Shown piece by piece: positions 37,845 through 49,800 of a DNA stretch of 64,000 nucleotides (the stretch's first letter is position 1; every line of letters starts with the position of its first letter). A program made the position numbers and the translations under genes. The notes under the pieces are model-generated. The model worked only from the letters and a program-made list of their open reading frames with translations, ran no database searches and was not told the origin of the DNA. This stretch comes from Macrostomum lignano (Eukaryota). The DNA lies in NCBI GenBank assembly GCA_002269645.1, contig NIVC01000020.1, positions 806,001 to 870,000 on the forward strand. Direction: 5' to 3'.

Positions 37845-39410
37845 TCTCCCCGGTGCTTTGTTCTCCCCGGTGCTTTGTTCTCCCCGGTGCTTTGTTCTCC
37901 CCGGTGCTTTGTTCTCCCCGGTGCTTTGTTCTCCCCGGTGCTTTGTTCTCCCCGGTGCTTTGTTCTCCCCGGTGCTTTGTTCTCCCTGGTGCTTTGTTCT
38001 CCCCGGTGCTTTGTTCTCCCCGGTGCTTTGTTCTCCCTGGTTTCTCAGTTCTCCCCGGTGCAGAGCAGCCTCTAAAGCCGGTCTCCAAACTGTAACCACA
38101 AAGCCAGCAAAGGAGGCTATCGAACTAAAATAGCTTCTTCGGTCAGTGCGCATTTATCAAACGAGACGAAAAACTTTTTCAAACTTTAAAAATCGCTGCA
38201 GATAAAATTTCTTCCGCTCCAGTAACAGCCAAACAATCAGCCCGGGCCACTGACTCCATCTTTGCAGCGCTTTTATTGAAAGCTGATGGCTAATAGAATT
38301 GCTTTGATCCGTCTGGGCTCGGGGGGGGGGGAATTCGATCTCAGCACCAGCTCAGTTCGGCCGATTTCGACTGGCGTGTCAGCCCGGCTGAGCTGCAGGA
38401 GCAGGCAAATTTGGTTGCTTTTAATGGTGCCGTGCGTGCAGCAAATATTGCCAGACCTTTGATGCGGCCCTTTCCAGCTGGTTTGTTGACAGAGCGGAAC
38501 CGTCCATTAATGGCGACCGATCTCCATTCTTCAGTTAATTTATCCCCTGACTTCTGGCTGACGGCGGCGCGCTGACATCTGTCAGTGGCAAACATGTTCA
38601 TGTATCTATGCTTTTCTCCGTGGCTGTCTGTCTGTCTGTCTGTCTGTCTGTGGCTGTCTGTCTGTCTGTCTGTGGCTGTCTGTCTGTCTGTGGCTGTCTG
38701 TCTGTCTGTGGCTGTCTGTCTGTCTGTGGCTGTCTGTGGCTGTCTGTCTGTGACTGTCTGGCTGTGTCTGTCTGTCTGTGGCTGTCTGTCTGTCTGTGGC
38801 TGTCTGTCTGTCTGTGGCTGTCTGTCTGTCTGTGGCTGTCTGTCTGTCTGTGGCTGTCTGTCTGTGGCTGTCTGACTGTGTCTGTCTGTCTGTGGCTGTC
38901 TGTCTGTCTGTGGCTGTCTGTCTGTCTGTGGCTGTCTGTCTGTCTGTGGCTGTCTGTGGCTGTCTGTCTGTGACTTTCTGGCTGTGTCTGTCTGTCTGTG
39001 GCTGTCTGTCTGTCTGTCTGTCTGTGGCTGTCTGTCTGTCTGTGGCTGTCTGTCTGTCTGTGGCTGTCTGTCTGTCTGTGGCTGTCTGTCTGTGGCTGTC
39101 TGACTGTGTCTGTCTGTCTGTGGCTGTCTGTCTGTCTGTCTGTGGCTGTCTGTCTGTCTGTGGCTATCTGTCTGTGGCTGTCTGGCTGTGTTTGTCTGTC
39201 TGTCTGTGGCTGTCTGTCTGTGTCCTTCTGTCGGTCTGTGGCTGTCTGTCTGTGTCTGTCTGTCTGTCTGTCTATGGCTGTCTGTCTGTGTCTGTCTGTC
39301 TGTCTGTCTGTGGCTGTCCGGCTGTGTCTGTCTGTCTGTGGCTGTCTGTCTGTGTCTGTCTGTCTGTGGCTGTCTGTCTGTGGCTGTCTGTCTGTGGCTG
39401 TCTGTCTGTA
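37845..39410. repeat. 17-bp minisatellite and CTGT-based compound microsatellite
   Basis: CTTTGTTCTCCCCGGTG (37845-38060); CTGTCTGTGGCTGT (38620-39410). Confidence 0.9.
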
Positions 39411-40834
39411 TGTTCTAGCTGACCTTTGAACTCGCAAAGTTGTAGGCCCCGAACGCAAATGGAAAGACTTGCAAAAGCATTTTCACCCGTAGAAAGCATG
39501 CAGATGGCCTCGCAGCAGCACAATAGGCTATCCGTTTGAAAGTCAACTCTCGTGGGAGTCGCGGAGGCGGCAGCCTTTTCAGATTTCTCCAGTTCTCTTC
39601 GGTCGGACATCGAAGGCGGGTGCCGCTGTGGCGCAATGCTCTAATTTTCGAGTTTCCGAGAAAGCAGGGGAGGCCTTGTAGTCCTCACTTCCCTTCAATT
39701 TGCTGCCCTTCCCCTCCCATCCCGGGCGGTTTGCACTGCATGCAGTTTTCCATATTTCTAAGCTCGTAGCTCTCAGCTATCAACTTGAATCCCTCAAAAC
39801 TGCTACTGCAGAGCAAGGACTCCTAGTGGTCCTTGCTGCAGAGTCACAGGCCAAAAATCTTCCCACCTCTTTAATGTATTTTCTAGCTATGGCATGTCTT
39901 CTCTAGATTTTAGCAGGTTTTCTAGTCTAGTAGTCCTCGTTTAACACACACAACTCGGTATGCATAGTGGAAGTCCTGAAGCTGAGATGCTGGCAAATAG
40001 TGGAAATTGGGCTGGCCCTCAAAAAATGTCTACAGAACAACGACAACTTCTGGCGGCCCTTGTGAAAGTCAGGCCAGACTGGGAGGCCGAAGCAAGCAGA
40101 ACTGATGGCGGTCGCCCGCACCTGCACTGATTGGACAGTGGCGGTCAGAAATCCCTACAGCAGCCAGATCGCCCAGGTATCCGGATATAATACGCCCTAC
40201 TTGCAGCGCCGCAGGGTTTCGCAGGTTGAGGCCCCCCCCTCTCCCCAGCCGCACTCTCAGCTGTCCCGCAGCTCCTGCCTCTGAAACACAGCACTGCTCG
40301 CAACCCCAACTCCAACTTGTACCCGAGAAGATCAGACGCGAGCGAGCCTCGACTCTGAGTAGGGAGGGGGAGAGCTTCGTGAATTGCGCAGCTCCCGTCG
40401 TGTCCTTTCCAACCTCGGGAATTCGAGCCCAGGGCATCGGGCGGGAGTCCCGAGTCGAGTCGACATCGCCGAGTCATCAGCGGGAGCAGCAGAGTGGCAT
40501 AAAGCAATTTGAGCAGCTCCCCCCTCTTGTTTTCCCCGGGCAGCGGCCGCCCAGAACTCCCCTCCCGCTCGGCACTTAATCCACTTCTGGGAAAACAATT
40601 AACCCATCTGATCGCTGCAGCGATAGCGCCGAGCTTAATGGGATAAAAAGGATTTGAAGTTCGAAGATCTCCGACCCGCCTCATCCCCCCGAACTCGGCC
40701 CGGGCCGGGCTTGCTCGCTCCTGAGGAGCAAATAAAACTCTTTGTCAAAGAAGCCGCATGCAGTTTCTGCTCAGTCGGAATCTCAGCGCACTGCAAACTG
40801 CCCCGCCGCCGAGCGCCTTATCGCTGGCTCAAGC

Positions 40835-43800
40835 ATGAGAATTTCTGCGTGGGCGGTAAGTATATATCTCCTTTTTCAGCGCAGCAGCTCAATTATTATT
40901 AGGGAAATTAGTATACATTATTTTCTTTTATAAAGCAATCGGTTGTTAGACTTGCTGGGCGATTGACAGAACATGCAGGGATCGCAGTAGTGCAGTAGTG
41001 CCTTTTTTCCAATGCGAATGATTTGTCCACCTGTCAGGTGACTTGACCTTCACGCTTATTTAGGCAACCCTCTTTTACTTTTTTGTGGTGGATCCAGGGG
41101 TCAAAGGAGTTGCTGACCCTTTGTAGAAAACTAGGGATCAGTTAATTCTAAACCTGCCATTTTCTTGTTTAGTATAATTACATAAATCTACGAGTATATC
41201 GCATAGGCTAAATATTTGATAATCATCCTTAACATTATTAAAAAACGGTAGATCAAAATAGGTGAAGGCAAGCGGATTCCTAATCAAAATCTGTATCAAT
41301 AGCAATTGATACACCCTTGTTTACCGCATGGGGTGAATTGAAACGTGGATGGTCCATGGTCGATCCTGCAAATACACATGAGTCGTCCTTGGTATATTTA
41401 AAAAGTTGCATACTTTAGAATGTCTAAGAGCAGAATAAAAAAACTTTGTCTATATTTGGGTATAGAAATTCGCTTAAATTAACCAGTAGCTAAGCTAGCA
41501 TCGATAATTTGTAGTTAATGAATCAACGAGCAAAACCATAATATATATTTGGTACCCAGAATCATACACGTACGTAGAACGTGGCACCTAAATTAGAACG
41601 CAGTCATTTCCACTCATTTTTAGAGGCCCGTGCTGGCACGTTACTAAATTTAACTCTTTTGAAATAATTTGACTAAAATATCCAAACAAAATATTATTTG
41701 AAATTAAATAACCTCTATTGCTTTGTCAACATCTTTATAAATAGGCATTGTATTTTTTGCTTTACTATCTGCTAAAATTTAACTTGTGAGTGTTTTCAGA
41801 GTTTCGCAGAAAATGTCTGTTCAATTTCATTGGGACCAAGCGTTGTTGTATGCATAAGCAGTTTGACTTGATGCACTGGTAGGTGTTAGATATGTAGCAT
41901 GTATCTTAGAAACAAGGGAATGATGCTATGCAGGCTTATAATAGGGAGTGTCTACGTTAAAAAAGACTTTAGGCCTAGTCTCAGTCTCAGTTAATTTTTT
42001 AGTTTTGGCACTAGCCACTATCTATCTTGTCCTTGTTTGTAAAAAGAATGCACACTATTTCTAAAACTTACCTTTTTGGATATTTTCCAAACATTCAACA
42101 AATAATGCTTCTGGGTATTCTTATTGAGGTATGTAAATTTTGATGAGTGAATATTTTAAAGTATAAAAACATGAAAAATGCAACTAATACCATTATAAAA
42201 GGAACTAAGAATGTAAACAAAATAATTTTTTAATAATTTGTTTCAATATATGATGAAGTTTGGCTAATGTTTAGTTTGTACAATTTAATTCTAAAAGCAA
42301 ATACTTTTTTATGCTTTCATGAGTCTATTTTTGTTATAAGTCAACAAAGCTACTATTTTACATTAAAGTATTAATGTTAAATATCTTAAGTATCAAACAT
42401 TTGATCATACTTAAATCCTAGCCATGTTAATTTTTGTACCTTTTGTAATCACTTTTTAGTTAAAAAGGGGGCCTTATTTTAACTCATGTTGAAAATTGTC
42501 AAAAAATCAGCTAAAACTTTACAGCAAAATTCCATTTTAAATTTAATTATACATTTTATGTGACCTATTATATGCTAAATTATTCTGATTAGCATTTGTT
42601 ATATGCTATATTCATAACTGTATATATTTTTTGTTTATGTGTGCCAGAATTTTCTGCCATAATGTACACCTTCCTGAGTGTAAAATCCTAGGACTGATAT
42701 AAGTCATATGCAACCAAATTTTATGCCTTATCTTATTAAGTGTAGGTATGGCAATCTCCTAGTAAGTGTTGGTTTACTTTTTTTCAATTTAAGAAATGTT
42801 CTATTTATATACATAGTTTTGCATCCTTTGGCCAGATTAAATTCCTTTTTATTAGAGCTATATGCCTAATTCATACTCAGGATTATATCATTAATGCCAG
42901 AAATTTCTGGCACAAATTTGTAATAGCCAATGCATATTTTGGTGCATAATTTTTTTTGAAAATTCTTGTGGTATATATATATATATACTTGAATTTTAGT
43001 ATATAACATGCACTATATGGCACATATACACTTATTCTGAACCTAGAAGAGGCTGTGTTATGCCATTATAGTTTGTATAAGCATAAGAAATCAATTTAAA
43101 CCAGTGTCAAGATTGTGTATCAATTTGGAACAAAATTTGCTTCCCTAGCTCCTGTATACCAATCACCAATGTATGCCAATGGACTTAAACACACAAAAAT
43201 ACACCAAGACAAAAACAAAAAAGACAAACTATTTAAGGCTTGTGATTTTTTAATTTTTGCAAAAAAGATGAATAAAGAGTTGTTAATATTCTATTAAACT
43301 ATAAGGAACTAGTTTATTTTAAATATTTTTGTTCATACATACAAAACCTCCAAAATTCGGTTGGCCATGCAACTTAGTTGTGACAAAATGCGACAAAAAT
43401 GCGACATAGTTTTTGGCTAAAAATGTGACTTACATGTAAAAAAACCCTAGTGTAAGTAGCATAAAGCAAATTAACGCTACTTTGGGTAAATGGCAGCCAG
43501 GTTGCGGATGGTATGCATGTACGCCGGAACTTTTCCGGCGTACAAAACGGCCACCCTCAGTCCTTGGCATACACAATCGGCGTACACAACCCCTGGCGCA
43601 CTTTGTTGGCGTACACTATTGGCGTACACAAGTAACACAGCCACGCATACTTTTTTGGCGTACAAATTTTGGTGAATCAATTCATGCCGTGCATGAAAAT
43701 TGTAATGTAAATTAATGTTTTTACGTAAAGTAAAGGAAAATTTATATCGTCAGTGATAAACTTTTTGCTTATTTTAAGTTAAAAAAATAAAATTAGTGTA

Positions 43801-46800
43801 AAATTTTGCTGAAAGTATTAACTTTGCATGATATTTTTTGTAGGTGTTATTTAGTTTGTTTAAACTGACAATATTCGTAATATTTTAAAGACACTTTTCA
43901 TACGAAAGCCTTTCCTAGAAAACTCTACTCGTGAAAACCGAATGACCCTTTTTTTAGGAATTTTTGGTGTACATTTTAGTGCAACTTTTTGTTTTTGGCG
44001 TACACTGGCGTACAAAGTCCTTGACGCCCGAATTTTTTCCGGCGTACACGGGTACATGATCCGCACACTGGAATGGCAGGAGTAACTATGACTGTCTTAT
44101 TAAGTCAAAATGCCTCATCAGCTACTTAGTACTACTACCTGGGGTTTTTTAGGTGGGCATTTTTGCAACTTCCTTGTTTGGCCACCAAATCAGTTGGCTA
44201 GATTGGCCGACTCGGCCGACTGTTGCGCACGTATGTTTTTGTTATATTTTAACTTTTTAGAAAAGTTAAATATAATTTTTATTTAGTTTTTCAATAATTT
44301 TTAGGATGTATTCTTTTGAGTCAAAATTTAGCTATTTTCATTTTCCAATATACTAAAAATCAAAACTATCCTATATACTAAAACTAGTTGTCTATGTATG
44401 TAGCTATGCAATAGATTTAAGAAAAATGGCTTAACTGATTTTCTTCAAACTTGCACCATTCAATCAGGAATTTTCCTGTAATGGTACATGCATTGTGGCT
44501 AAGAAATTACTCAATGTTTAAGGGATTAAATATAAAAAAAAACATGCTTTTTGCAAAGGTCAAGTAGACTTTTCAACTTGAAATGCATTGTAAAAAAACT
44601 GACTGGCTGAATTTTGATTCTAATAAAAATTGCATCATAAAAAAGTTGAAAACAGTGTCAAAGAAAATCACACAAGACTTGATTAAAAAATTGCATAACC
44701 ATATTGCTAATTTAAATTGAAATTGAAATTGATGCTCACTGACTAAGAAGTTGATTTTGTCATAATTTTATTGAAATTGATGTTGACTGACTAAGAAATT
44801 GATTATGTCATACTTTTACTCTAACTGACACGATGTAAGAATTGAATTATAAGGGCCACCATTTTTCTCTAATTGACAAGAGATAGCCTAGATGCAAACA
44901 GACTAGACTGCTAATGTAGCAACCTGGGTTTGAATCTTAGTAGTGCAAAATATTTTTTATATGCAATATGTCAAACATAAAAATGGCACCATGTCAAACA
45001 TAAGAGCCACCATGTCAAACATAAAAGAGCCACCATGTCAAACATAAAAGAGGCACCATGTCAAACATAAAAGAGCCACCATGTCAAACATAAAAAAGGC
45101 ATCATGCCAAACATAAAAGAGCCATGTCAAATATAAAAGAGGCACCATGTCAAACATAAAGGAGCCACCATCTAAAACATATGAGAGCCACCATGTCAAA
45201 CAGAAAAGAGCCAGCCACCATGTCAAATATAAGGGAGCCACTATTTCAAACATAAAAGAGTCACCATATCAAACATAAACAAGGCACCATGTCAAACATA
45301 AAAGAGGCATCATGCCAAACATAAAAAAGCCACCATGTCAAACATAAAGGAGCCACCATGTCAAACAAAAAAGAGGCACCATATAGAACATAAAAGAAAA
45401 GAGAGCTTAGAAAGGGATTATTGTACTACCTGAAAAGGCAATTATTGCATTAGCTGAGGAAATTGTTGAACTAGCTATTTGCTGTCTGGTGGATTCTTGC
45501 TATTTAGGGATACTGGCTATCTGGGGAATGCTTAGCTGGGGGATGCTTGCTATCTAGGGGATGCTTGCTATCTGGGGGATGCTTGCTATCTGGGAGATGC
45601 TTGCTTTCTGGGAGATGCTTGCTTTCTGAGGGATGCTTGCTATTGGGGGATGCTTGCTCTTAGGGGGGGGGGGGAATCTGAGAAGGGTTTGCTAGCTATC
45701 TATGCATTCTTTCTATCCAGGGATGCTTGCTGTCTAGGAGATGCTTGCTATCTGGGGGTCACAGGGATGCTTTCTATTAGAAGGATGCTTGCTGTCTGGG
45801 AAATGCTTTTGACTTTGGGGGAATTCTTGCTATTTTTATTGTAAAGGCTAATTTTGTTGTGTACTTCTGTGACTTTTATAAAAAAGAGATTCATAGTAAA
45901 CATCTTTCATCCATGACAATTTAAGTCAAGTAAGGTGAAAACTGAAAAAGGAATCAGTTCTTTTAAAAGTGTGGTTTTTTAATGGTTTGCATGAATGATT
46001 TTTGCTCTTTGCATATTAGGCATCCCAAAGGGGGGCATTAGATTGCTAGTATTTAGCTAAACTTTAACTTAGTAATTTTTGTACAAAACTGTGTACATTG
46101 GTTTGACTTGCAACTTGGTCCTACCTGCCACCTTGGCAATCTCTATATACTAGACTATATACAAAAAAGGCATGCTAGGCTATTCTGTACGCCAATGGTG
46201 TACTCCAGGTCCTTCTGTATACTGGAATTTTCTGCTTACATATATACCATCTAGAGTCTGGTTTTTAAGTTATAAAAACTTTATTATTTAAAGACAAATT
46301 TATAAAAAAAATAATGTTGCATTAAGTTGTAAGTATATAGTTTGACAATTCTTTTGCAACTATATTATAGATACATAAAAGGATAATAGCTTTATTATGT
46401 AAATGTTTGTGTTTATTCTGGAGTAAGCCAAGGGCTAGGAGATATCAGATTTACCTTGGGTACAATGTGGCACACTAGTGGATTTTGCTTTGTGTACTTG
46501 GTGCACAATTGAAAATATTGTTGGGTAACTTCTGGCACATATGTAAGATGATCCTTACTATATTGCCTAACTGCCATCTCCTCTTCTATGGGCTTTGGTG
46601 ATAACAGCAAAGATAAAGGTCTAGAGTGGTTTTATGTTCACATACATGCGCAACCTCCAAAATTTGGTCGGCCGTGCGACTTAGTTTTAACAAAAATGCG
46701 ACGTAGTTTTCGGCCAAAAATGCGACTTACATGAAAAAAACCTGAAAGCAAAATTAACGCAACTTTGGGTAAACGGCAGGAGTAACTATAACTGTCTTTA

Positions 46801-49800
46801 TTAAGGCAAAATGCTTCGTCAGCTACTTAATACTACTTTGGTATTTATTTGGGTGGGCATTTTTGCAACTTACCTTGGTTGGCCGCCAAATCAGTCGTCC
46901 ATATCGGCCAACTATTGTGCATGTATGGTTTTGACTCTTGTCATTCCTAATCGTATTTGTACCCCATGTGGCACTAGAACAGTACACTTGACACGGAGTG
47001 TTTTAGGCATGATTGTACAGTGTAAGGTTGCAAAAGTGGGGAGTGGCAGAGATACATATGTATATATAGCTGTATGAGTATGATGGCACAAGCTAAGGCT
47101 AAGTCAATGCATGCAGCGATAAAAGCAGTCTGTAAAGCCAAATAGTGAAAGTTAACCTTAACTTATAGCACCTTGGCAGCCTATGCTGTCTGCCTGCATC
47201 TGATACGAGCATATAACTAAACTACCAAGGCAATTGGTTGTATTTACACTTACTTTCTGTACATGAATTGGTAAAGGTAAGGGCTTTTAAATGTTTTATT
47301 TATATAGTAATACTCATAAATCAATTTTATTTTATCACCAAAATCATATACTCGACTTAATCTTTCACAGAATGATGTACAGCCTTAGTTGTCTTTGCCT
47401 ACTGATTCTAAGTGGCATCCTAGCTATCAATGGTATTCTAGCTGAGAGTGAGTGCTCAATTGTTATAAATGAGTTAAATACTGATGAGCCTAATATTGGA
47501 TCTCAAGAATTTTCAGAGTTCATTGAGCTGAAGAAAGTTTGTTCCACAACTGCAATGCTATTAGGATCAGTGCCAGTGAGACTCCGTGATTTTCTTCTGA
47601 TTGGAGTTCAAGAATATAGCGGCGATTTTAGACGACCTGTGGTTTCATTTTCTGCTGACTTCTATCGGTCCTCGGGCTTCAAAACGGACAGCAGTTTCTT
47701 TGTTATTGCATCAAAAGAGAAGCAGGAAGCAGCAGATATGTTTTTTACCGATACATCTATTGGGTATCAGGGAAAAACTAGACATGGGCTGCCAAGTTCC
47801 GCTCCTTGTGGATCATCGCAGTCATCCATCATTGATTTTTTCAAGTCTGCTAGTAAGACAATTCCAACAGAACCAAATGCATTAAAGAATGGGAATGGTA
47901 AAAGTGCTATGGCCATTATTCTCTTGTATCAACGAGACTTTTCTAGATCAGAATCGGACAGTTCAAGTTCCACAACTGCCAGTAGCATTGGAAAACTGCG
48001 ACTAGCTAAAATGCATGCAACACAAAGAAGACCTGTTTATGAAGATAAAATTATCATTGATAACTCATTAGCTGAAATTATTAGGAACAATGTGCATGAC
48101 ATGATCATCTATGCACGAAGTACACAAAATAACAGGTGCACATTTTTTTAGTCCATTTATCGTAGGCTAAGAGACAAGCCCAACTACATCTTAAAGCCAG
48201 CAAGAGAATGGGATGAACTTGGTCATGAGGACTATTCAATAAACCGGTGCCCTGAATCCAGCAGTGAGTTACGAAAGCCTTTGCTTTTTACAAGGTGGAA
48301 ACTTGGACAGTTGACTCCAGGTAGAGAAAATGACTGCTCAGGTGCTCATTGGATTTTAGAGGACAATATTGAAGCCATCATAAATACACCTTCAAGAGAA
48401 GCAGGTACATTGGCAGACTCAGCATTAGCATCTGCTTCATCAGCAACAGAAAGAATCGAAATGCGACTAGCTCCTGCTCCAGCTCCATGTTCTGAAAGCT
48501 CACACCGTAGTGAATTGGCCAGGTCCTATGAATTTTCAGAGCAAATAGCAGCTAATCGAGATCATGCTGTTCAAACTGCTGCTGCAGAAACTTCTAATTT
48601 TTGCTCTGCTGCAAATGTACAGGAAAGAAGAGAGTTGTTGGAGAATGACCAGCAAACAAGCAAACTACAAGTAGAAATTATTAGGCAAGTAAATATTCAA
48701 AGACAATCAACGAAACGATCACTTTGCCAAAGTCCTATTGTTGATTTAGATTCGAGCGACTCAAGGGGTTCAGGTGATGTTGAAATAGTACAAGTAAATA
48801 CTGCAGAAGCAGGGCCATCGCAAAAAAAAATACCATGCATAAGCACATCTGCAGACGCATGTCTAGCCACTTCAGCATCAAAGCCCTCGTCTTCCTCTAT
48901 GATGGGCGAAAATATTGAAGTTTTCCCTAAAAAGGACTGGGAGGATACATCTGGTTTTCGAGAGGAGTGGTTACATTCTTTGGAGATGCACCAGTCACAG
49001 TAAGTAAATGGAAACTGACGAACTGTAAATTAATGTATAGTGTATTGTGCATTGCACTTATTAGCATATTGCTTTTAGATACTCACAAATAGTCCAAATC
49101 CCAAAATATTCTCTAATTTGACCATTGCAGATCATTTTCAAGAAAATTTGTGTCACAAGAAATGAAGACATGGTTTCAATATGTTCAAAACACCGAAGAT
49201 CTATCAAGATCTGGAATACAATGTCGGATCTGCAGAAAATTTTTGAATGCACATAAGAAAAAGGAGACAAATCTAGAGAGCCAACGTAAGTTAACTTTTG
49301 CAACAGAACAAGGCTACATTCCCAAAGGTCATGCAAAAGATAGCGTACGAAGAAAACTACAGGAACATTCATCAAATACACTTCAGTGACGCCATAAAGT
49401 GGATGAAGGAAAAACATACTTCAGTTCTTGCAAAGCAACTCAAACAGATGAATGAGGCCGCTAGACTAGCTAAAACTAAACGAGATGAAATAACAGCCCG
49501 AGTTTTGACAACAGTTTATGCCGAAGTCAAATCTAATATTCCATTCAGTGCTCATCCAAATATGATTGATTTACAAGTAAAAAATGGGTTGGATATGGGG
49601 AGCCATCATAAGCATCGCAAAAGTGCCGCAGCAATGGTGGAATCAATCAGTAATACAATGCATCGGACATTTGTGAATTACATTAAAAGTGCTGACAATC
49701 TTCCGATTTCTATTGTACTAGATACAACGTCTGATATTCATTCAAACAGCTACGTCATGATATACTTCAGAGTTCTTGAAAACAGCCAACATTTGATGTT

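Noticed and set aside
42640-42914. 17-bp inverted ends TGTGCCAGAA(T/A)TTTCTG suggesting a small MITE
   Set aside because: No convincing TSD, and the motif is itself near-palindromic; too weak to call.
40855-47371. In-frame fusion of receptor exon 1 to the hAT cargo exon
   Set aside because: The phase-0 join reads AAT GAT GTA CAG CCT TAG, which is out of frame with an early stop.
48136-48151. GT...AG micro-intron that would remove the premature TAG
   Set aside because: It is only 16 nt and would shift the frame; a nonsense substitution or sequencing error is simpler.
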